Position numbers and translations under genes: made by a program
Origin: Phycisphaerae bacterium
Lineage (GTDB): Bacteria; Planctomycetota; Phycisphaerae; Sedimentisphaerales; Anaerobacaceae
Reading direction: 5' to 3'
Assembly (NCBI GenBank): GCA_016782755.1
Contig: JADHXY010000009.1
Location: 1-31,240, forward strand
DNA length: 31,240 bases
In this document: positions 9,118 through 14,676 of the stretch, in pieces
How the letters are laid out: the number at the start of each line of letters is the position of its first letter
How positions within the stretch are numbered: position 1 is the stretch's first letter
The notes under the pieces: generated by a model
What the model was told of the DNA's origin: nothing
The model's database searches: none
The model's input: only the letters and a program-made list of their open reading frames with translations

Positions 9118-9470
9118 AACCAAATCCCTTTAGCCCATGAGAGCTTTACGAATACATCTGTTTACCTGTTCATAGTTCCTTTTTGAAAACAAATTATACA
9201 TTTATTTTCGGCTAATTTGAAAGCTGTAAACACGTCTTTTTTTATCGTTGTCGCCAAACGGGCAATCTTATGGGACTAATTTCGCTTAACTTATTTACTT
9301 AAAAGAACTTAAAACTTTTTATTTTTTTGAAAATTTTACTTTTGTCTGTTTGAGGTAAAGATTTTTTGGAAAGTTAAGAAAAGGTATTTTTGGTTTTGGC
9401 TATATTGTACCGGTTCAGCGCGAATTGGCCTTGTAACTTGTAAAACGGGACGGGGGAAATGAGAATTATG

Positions 9471-9499
9471 TTGTCAATAATGTTTTAAACTATTATACT
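9471..9499 (+). promoter_or_regulatory. Putative sigma-70-type promoter (TTGTCA-17-TATACT) for the 9595 membrane-protein gene
   Basis: TTGTCA at 9471-9476, a 17-nt spacer, then TATACT at 9494-9499, about 95 nt upstream of the ATG at 9595. Confidence 0.35.
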
Positions 9500-9526
9500 T
9501 CTGTTGATGGTGATGGAATGGGCTGC

Positions 9527-9546
9527 ATGGGCAAAAATTTGCCCAT
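9527..9546. promoter_or_regulatory. 20-bp near-perfect palindrome ATGGGCAAAAATTTGCCCAT (operator-like or 5'-UTR hairpin), preceded by an extra ATGGGC half-site
   Basis: Read directly: ATGGGC-tgc-ATGGGC-aaaaattt-GCCCAT. It sits between the putative -10 and the RBS of the 9595 gene. Confidence 0.4.
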
Positions 9547-9594
9547 CCTTGTATATGAAACACAGGCAATTTAATGTTACATTAGGAATCCTAT

Positions 9595-10356
9595 ATGAAT
9601 GAAATTAAAGAGACACTGGCTATTCTTAAGACTCGCTGGATTGAGGCATCTTTAATAATTGGACTTGGGTTTCTGCCCTATCTATTAAACCATATATTTA
9701 GAATTTACCCCGACCTTGGGATTTTGGTCTCATTTGTGAGTATGGGTATATTTTTATTTGTTACAATAGTTTCGGTAGGATTTCTACGAACAGTTTACCT
9801 TGAACAGGATAAAAGGCAATCACTTCTCGACCTAATGCGAATAGGCAAACACTTTTTCTGGAGGCTTTTTACATTCGGCATATTATGTGGATTGGCTATG
9901 ATGCTTTTTGTCTGGTTACTTAGAACAATTATTACTGATACGGGTACGAATGCGACTTTTCCTCTTGCCCATCGGATAGGCTTTACTGTCATAACATTAA
10001 TATTGGCTAAACTAACCTTATTAATCCCAGCAATAATAATTGTTTTGGATTGTAGCTTATCTAAGAGTTTTGGCTTTATGTGGAAAGTCAAATTATTGAA
10101 AGCAAAGCCATTATTAATAATTTTTCTTATTCAAATTGTTGTTCTACCATATTTGCTGTTGTTTTCCCCAAATTTTCGTGGAGCCGAGCCAGCTATAACC
10201 TGGGGCTATACACTTTCCATGTTGTATTCTATTATGTTGGGTACTCTGACTTTGATGGTTCAGGTGATGGCTGTAAGGTTTGTCAGTTCCCTTGGTATTG
10301 ACTGTAATGAACCTTATAAACTGCCAGAGTCTTTTAAGTTGACCAGCATTGTTTAA
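9595..10356 (+). CDS. Hypothetical polytopic membrane protein (about 6-7 TM), compositionally atypical
   Basis: 253-aa ORF with multiple hydrophobic segments. The gene is markedly AT-richer than its neighbours and uses ATA/AGA/AGG/TTA/CTA codons that are rare in flanking genes. An AGGAA RBS is present. No recognisable family. Confidence 0.5.
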   Translation: MNEIKETLAILKTRWIEASLIIGLGFLPYLLNHIFRIYPDLGILVSFVSMGIFLFVTIVSVGFLRTVYLEQDKRQSLLDLMRIGKHFFWRLFTFGILCGLAMMLFVWLLRTIITDTGTNATFPLAHRIGFTVITLILAKLTLLIPAIIIVLDCSLSKSFGFMWKVKLLKAKPLLIIFLIQIVVLPYLLLFSPNFRGAEPAITWGYTLSMLYSIMLGTLTLMVQVMAVRFVSSLGIDCNEPYKLPESFKLTSIV

Positions 10357-10478
10357 AAAATTGTTTCTACTACGGGCGCAGATTAACACGGATTTTTTAG
10401 AACATATTTCCCCACGAGGCACACGAAGAGCACGTAGATAAAAAGATATCAGATGTCAGAAGTAAAAGACAAAAAGAC

Positions 10479-10640
10479 TTTGACAGGATAACAGGATAGA
10501 AACAAGATTAAATTTTAAAGACAAAGAACTGGATTCGGGGCCTTCGTCCTGATGAACTACATCGGGAACAACGGGAGGGGATGAGATAATAATTCTTTCG
10601 CCCCTTTGGGACTTTGGGTTTTTGGGGTGTTCTTTACCGG
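10479..10640 (+). ncRNA. Conserved intergenic element, copy B (paralog of 669-806)
   Basis: Same 55-nt 5' core starting with TTGACAgGATAACAGGATAGAAACAaGATTAAAT. Hairpin at 10548-10566 (cctgatg-aacta-catcggg) with a loop identical to copy A and compensatory changes. A conserved TTTTTGGGGTGTTCTTT tail is also present. No ORF. Confidence 0.35.
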
Positions 10641-10756
10641 AGGTTTACACCTGTGGCTATTAATATGTCGCTCCTTCGGAGCTTTTAAAAGAAAACAGGG
10701 TGGGTAAGCCCCGACAGGTCGGGACTTTCAGCAAGTTACCTACGCTACCGGAATGT

Positions 10757-10798
10757 TGAAAAATATAAAACAGCGTGGGTGACAAATTTTCCACGCTG
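10757..10798 (-). terminator. Rho-independent terminator for the zinc-ribbon gene (minus strand); the hairpin could also act on the plus strand
   Basis: Perfect 8-bp stem CAGCGTGG/CCACGCTG (10771-10798) with a 12-nt loop. On the minus strand it is followed immediately by TTTTATATTTTT. On the plus strand it is followed by a looser T-rich stretch (TGTTTGTTTTTTT). Confidence 0.6.
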
Positions 10799-10820
10799 TA
10801 GGAACTGTTTGTTTTTTTGC

Positions 10821-11348
10821 TTAAAAGGCTCCCCAGTCTTGTTTTCCTGGTATGTAGTTGCTGGGGCAGATGTATTTGAATATTTTAAAGGTATTCTGGG
10901 TTCGTGCGAGCTTTTTTTCGTTTTCAGCTTTCCTGGCCTTGAAATGTTCGCCGAAGAGGTTTTCGAAATATTCTTCCGCGGCTTTGTGACGGTCTGCTTC
11001 GGTTTCGAAAAGGCTGTGGATGGCTGCTAGTTCACCGGCATCGAGCCAGTATCCGCCACATGCCGGGCACTCGTCGACCTCGACTGATTTTTTTATGCTG
11101 AAAAAATGCCTCATCATTACAACATCGTTGCATTTGGGGCATTTTAATCTTTTGCTGCGGTCAACAACGACAGATCCATCCCGCTCGATATCCAATAAGG
11201 CCTGTCCGGCGGATTCATGCTGCTCGTCAAATTTTTTCAACTCAAAATTATCAAACCAGATACCGCCACAACCGCCTTTGCATAGATTAACTGTAATGTC
11301 TTCGATAGTTATCTGCTGTAACGAATTTCCACATGCCGGACATTTCAT
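10821..11348 (-). CDS. Tandem zinc-ribbon protein (two zf-TFIIB-like CPxCG...CxxCxGxWxDxxEL modules)
   Basis: MKCPACGNSL...LCKGGCGGIWFDNFELKKF and LKCPKCNDV...ECPACGGYWLDAGELAAI: two copies of the bacterial 'transcription factor zinc-finger' ribbon. Start chosen at the ATG at 11348 (GGAGG RBS) rather than the upstream TTG/ATG extension in the ORF track. Confidence 0.65.
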   Translation of the reverse strand: MKCPACGNSLQQITIEDITVNLCKGGCGGIWFDNFELKKFDEQHESAGQALLDIERDGSVVVDRSKRLKCPKCNDVVMMRHFFSIKKSVEVDECPACGGYWLDAGELAAIHSLFETEADRHKAAEEYFENLFGEHFKARKAENEKKLARTQNTFKIFKYICPSNYIPGKQDWGAF

Positions 11349-11425
11349 GATTTTTAACCTCCAATAAGCTATTTGAATAATTTCCTGCCGCCGATTGATG
11401 ATTATTAAAGCAGTTTTAGCTCTGA

Positions 11426-11454
11426 TTGACAAGGGGGAAATTAATTGATAATTT
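11426..11454 (+). promoter_or_regulatory. Putative sigma-70-type promoter (TTGACA-17-TAATTT) for the flotillin-like gene
   Basis: TTGACA at 11426-11431, a 17-nt spacer, TAATTT at 11449-11454. About 130 nt upstream of the ATG at 11586. Confidence 0.35.
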
Positions 11455-11585
11455 ACGGAGGTGGTTATGTTTTGTGAGCGTTAAATAAAAAATTATAAAT
11501 TGTACTTTTCAGGATGCATAGTTTACTCTATACTTGAAAGAGATAAATTCGACTAATAATCCGAAAATTTGAAAGGAGATTTTTT

Positions 11586-13091
11586 ATGGAAGCTAATGTA
11601 GATTGGGAAGGTATGCCGGGTGGTAAGCTGAAGGCGATTGGGGTGGTTGTTCTTATAGTTGTTGTCGGGCTGGCTATTTTGATTTTTAGCTCGGTGGTAA
11701 AAATTGATGGCGATGAGGTTGGTATCGTCGAGAAGAAATTGCTCGGCGGTGATCTGCCGAGGGGGAGTATTATCGCGACCAAGGGCGAAAACGGGATTCA
11801 GGCGCAGGTTCTGGCGCCTGGATGGCACGTTAAGTGGAAATGGCAATACAATGTTATCCAGCAAAAGATGGTGGAGATCGAGCAGGGTTTTGTCGGCTTG
11901 GTACTGGCGATGGACGGCAGGAGTTTGCCGGAGGGAGTGATCTATGCACCCCAATGGGAGAATGAAGATGAGATGAAGAATGCTGAATATTTTCTTACCG
12001 AAGGCAACGGCTATAAGGGGCCTCAATTAACCGTTCTCGATCCGGGTAAGTATCGTATTAATACCAAGCTTTTCAAGATAACCAAGGTGCCTCTGGTAAA
12101 CGTGAAGGTCGGTACTGTAGCGATTGTGAAAAGCAATGTGGGTGAAGTAGTTGATGCAAAAGACCGTCTGGTGGAAGTTGGTCAGCGGGGCATATGGAAT
12201 AAGCCCTGGAAAGAAGGCAAATATTACAAAAACACGAATGCGTATGAAATTACGATGGTTAGTGTTCAACAGGTTAAGGTGAGCTATTCGGCGGAGAGAG
12301 AGCAAGGCGAAAAGGCAGCTATTCAGCCCATGAAGCCGATCATAGTTCGCAGTGAGGATGGTTATACTTTTCCTGTCGAAGTCAGGGTGATTTATAAAAT
12401 CGAGGCGGAAAATGCCCCGAAGGTCGTCGCTACGATTGGCGATGACGATCTTGTTTTGAGCAAGCTGGTGACACCTACAGTTCAGGCGATTTTCAGAAAC
12501 AACGCAGGGGAGGTCAAGGCTTTGGAATATGTTCAGAACCGCGGCGAGCAGGAAACGCAGAGTACGGCTATGCTGAAAGAGAAACTGGCCAAGGATGGTA
12601 TAACCATTTTGGCGGTTCACATTGGTGATGTCGGTGATGAAAAGACTCTTGGAGCACTGCTGAAAACACAGACGGACCGTGAGATAGCACTGCAGGAGCA
12701 GACGACGCTTCAGGTGCAGCAGCAGGCAGCGGAACAGCGAAAGGCTCTTTTCAAAACTCAGCAGGAAGCACAAGAGGAGATGAAACTGGCAACGGCAGCG
12801 TATGCAGTTAAGATAGCGGATGAAGAAAAGAAAAAGGTGATTATTGCCGCTGAGGCAGAAGCCCAGCAGATCAAGCTTATTGCTGAAGCTCAGGCCAAAG
12901 CGTATGAGCTTATTTCGGGTGTGATCGGGGCTGATAATGCGGCTCTTGTCGAAATTATTAAACTTGTGGCAGAGAAAGGAATCGATATAACACCTGAAGT
13001 GATGGTTGGTGGCGACGGCAGCGGGATGAGCGATGCACTGATGGGTACTATTCTGAGCGGGAAGCTCGGCACGAACGAAAAAACCAAATAA
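11586..13091 (+). CDS. SPFH/band-7 domain protein, flotillin-like (YqiK/FloT type) with long C-terminal Ala/Glu/Gln-rich coiled coil
   Basis: 501 aa with an N-terminal TM (AIGVVVLIVVVGLAILIF). The SPFH core is followed by an EA-repeat coiled coil (KKVIIAAEAEAQQIKLIAEAQAKAYE), typical of bacterial flotillins. AAAGGAG RBS. Confidence 0.75.
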   Translation: MEANVDWEGMPGGKLKAIGVVVLIVVVGLAILIFSSVVKIDGDEVGIVEKKLLGGDLPRGSIIATKGENGIQAQVLAPGWHVKWKWQYNVIQQKMVEIEQGFVGLVLAMDGRSLPEGVIYAPQWENEDEMKNAEYFLTEGNGYKGPQLTVLDPGKYRINTKLFKITKVPLVNVKVGTVAIVKSNVGEVVDAKDRLVEVGQRGIWNKPWKEGKYYKNTNAYEITMVSVQQVKVSYSAEREQGEKAAIQPMKPIIVRSEDGYTFPVEVRVIYKIEAENAPKVVATIGDDDLVLSKLVTPTVQAIFRNNAGEVKALEYVQNRGEQETQSTAMLKEKLAKDGITILAVHIGDVGDEKTLGALLKTQTDREIALQEQTTLQVQQQAAEQRKALFKTQQEAQEEMKLATAAYAVKIADEEKKKVIIAAEAEAQQIKLIAEAQAKAYELISGVIGADNAALVEIIKLVAEKGIDITPEVMVGGDGSGMSDALMGTILSGKLGTNEKTK

Positions 13092-13114
13092 CTTGCTACA
13101 TTGTTCAAATAACA

Positions 13115-13157
13115 GGTCATTGCGGACGCAGGAGACGGGTTCGCAATGACCTTTTTA
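13115..13157 (+). terminator. Rho-independent terminator of the flotillin-like gene
   Basis: Perfect 10-bp stem GGTCATTGCG/CGCAATGACC with a 17-nt loop, followed by TTTTTACG. Confidence 0.7.
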
Positions 13158-13159
13158 CG

Positions 13160-13262
13160 TTGCGAAGGTCGGGACACATTAACCCCTCTTTACAGTCGGG
13201 GCTCTGTTTGGGTGGGCAAGGTGCTTACCCCTCCTTGACAGTCGGGGCTCTGTTTAAGCAGT
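13160..13262. repeat. Cluster of short GC-rich REP-like repeat modules: two copies of ACCCCTC(C)TT(T/G)ACAGTCGGGGCTCTGTTT flanking a GGGTGGGCAAGGTGCTTACCC hairpin, plus an AGGTCGGGAC module
   Basis: Direct reading. The GTCGGGGCTCTG unit recurs at 23627-23680. The AGGTCGGGAC and GGGTGGGYAAG modules recur at 10700-10735. Confidence 0.55.
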
Positions 13263-13503
13263 CGAGGACTTTGTTGTATAGCCATGCGAAAATTGCGCCG
13301 CCGGCTGTTCCGTCGACAAGTGCCCAGACTAATCCAATTACACTGCCCTCAGGGGTGAGTGAATAGCCGCGGTAGAATTTGGCGATAAAAGTTGCCTCGT
13401 CGCTGGAGCCGTCGAACATTATTATCCACCAAGTGAGAAAGAACAGGCCAAAACCCCACATCAGGCCAAATGCAATGGCAAAAGCTTTTATATTGAGTTT
13501 CAT
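13225..13503 (-). CDS. Hypothetical small membrane protein (2 predicted TM)
   Basis: 92 aa from the ATG at 13503 (AGGAG RBS): MKLNIKAFAIAFGLMWGFGLFFLTWWIIMF...IGLVWALVDGTAGGAIFAWLYN. No family recognised. The 3' end overlaps the REP-like repeat, so the true stop is uncertain. Confidence 0.4.
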   Translation of the reverse strand: MKLNIKAFAIAFGLMWGFGLFFLTWWIIMFDGSSDEATFIAKFYRGYSLTPEGSVIGLVWALVDGTAGGAIFAWLYNKVLDCLNRAPTVKEG

Positions 13504-13592
13504 GGTTTTTCTCCTAAATAATGCAAATGTTTTCATTGTTTTTACTAAGAATCATGCATAATTGTTTACAATTAAGTTTTTCGATGGCGGTT

Positions 13593-14624
13593 TTATAGCT
13601 GGTATCCGGCGATGTGAGAATCGCAATCGGGGCAGCGGGAATTTTTTAGATTGTTTGATAAAACGGTGTATCCGGTACGCTCAATGAGCAATGAGCCGCA
13701 TTTGTAGCAGAAGGTGTTTTGGTATTGGTCGGAGGGGATGTTTCCGATGTAGATGTATCTGAGGCCGGCAGAGCGGCCAATTTCGGCTGCGTTTTCGAGT
13801 GTTTTTAGCGGGGTTGGGGGTGCTTTGTCGTATTTGTATTGCGGGAAAAATCTGCTGATGTGCCATGGTGTGTCGGGGCCGGCGGAATTGACTATGAAAT
13901 CAGCGATTTGTTTCAATTCATCGTTTGAATCGTTTTCACCAGGGATGATGAGTGTGGTTATCTCCATCCAGATATTGGTTTCTTGGGCGATGTATTTGAT
14001 GGTGTCGAGGACCGGCTGTAAACGGGCTTTGCAGAGTTTTTTGTAGTAGTCATCGGTGAAGGCTTTGAGGTCTATGTTTATGCCGTCGAGCCAGTTTTTT
14101 GCGAAATCTACGGCTTCTTTTGTTTCGTAGCCGTTGCTGACGAAGACATTTGACAAGCCATTTTCTTTTGCGAGTATTCCGCAATCATTGCAGAGTTCCA
14201 TGAAAATGGTCGGTTCGGTATAGGTATATGCTATGCTGGAGCAGTTGGCTGCGAGGGCGGATTTGATGATTTGCTGGGGGGAAATGGGCTGACCGTCTAT
14301 GCCGGTGCCGTTTATTGGTGCCTGGCTTATTTGCCAGTTCTGGCAGAATGAGCACCTGAAGTTACAGCCAATGCAGGCGATGGAGAAACTTTGTGTGCCG
14401 GGCTGGAAGTGGAAAAGCGGTTTTTTTTCGATGGGGTCGGGGTTGGCGGCACATACTTTGTCGTAATTAAGTGAGTAGAGTTGGCTGTTGATGTTTTTTC
14501 TGACTGAGCAAAATCCGAGTTTGTCTTCGGGGATGAGGCATCTGTGGCTGCAAAGTTTGCAGCGGATGGTATTTTCTTTTTCGTTTTGCCATAGTACAGC
14601 CGGGGTGGGGTTTTGGGTTTTCAT
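13593..14624 (-). CDS. Radical SAM enzyme of the AmmeMemoRadiSam-system type (PflA-like activase fold)
   Basis: N-terminal IRCKLCSHRCLIPEDKLGFCSVRKN plus the radical-SAM cluster motif CIGCNFRCSFC (Cx3Cx2C). This N-terminal Cys pattern followed by G-F-C-x-V-R is characteristic of AmmeMemoRadiSam radical SAM proteins. Assignment is by motif only. Confidence 0.65.
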   Translation of the reverse strand: MKTQNPTPAVLWQNEKENTIRCKLCSHRCLIPEDKLGFCSVRKNINSQLYSLNYDKVCAANPDPIEKKPLFHFQPGTQSFSIACIGCNFRCSFCQNWQISQAPINGTGIDGQPISPQQIIKSALAANCSSIAYTYTEPTIFMELCNDCGILAKENGLSNVFVSNGYETKEAVDFAKNWLDGINIDLKAFTDDYYKKLCKARLQPVLDTIKYIAQETNIWMEITTLIIPGENDSNDELKQIADFIVNSAGPDTPWHISRFFPQYKYDKAPPTPLKTLENAAEIGRSAGLRYIYIGNIPSDQYQNTFCYKCGSLLIERTGYTVLSNNLKNSRCPDCDSHIAGYQL

Positions 14625-14676
14625 TTTTGCCCCCTTGACAGATTTTGGTTAATAACTTTCACAAGTTAATGGTAAC

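Noticed and set aside
9124-9594. CsrB/RsmZ-like CsrA-titrating sRNA upstream of csrA
   Set aside because: The region is AT-rich with only a few scattered GGA motifs and none in repeated hairpin loops. It is better explained as promoter and leader for the 9595 gene.
12027-12773. 248-aa ORF antisense inside the flotillin-like gene
   Set aside because: Entirely nested antisense to a gene with strong SPFH-family signatures and RBS. The antisense translation is low-complexity with no motifs, so it is a typical shadow ORF of a gene rich in GC at codon position 3. The same reasoning applies to 5147..5614 (inside phoD), 16349..17235 (inside the FAD/Fe-S oxidase), 20704..21120 (inside nifU), 21877..22248 (inside metY), 25664..26308 and 26993..27463 (inside the GT gene).
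13180-13262. Possible mini-CRISPR: two 28-nt direct repeats separated by 21 nt
   Set aside because: Only two repeats. The 21-nt spacer is too short. The units recur singly at other intergenic sites together with other modules. No cas genes are present. It behaves like a REP-like repeat, not a CRISPR array.
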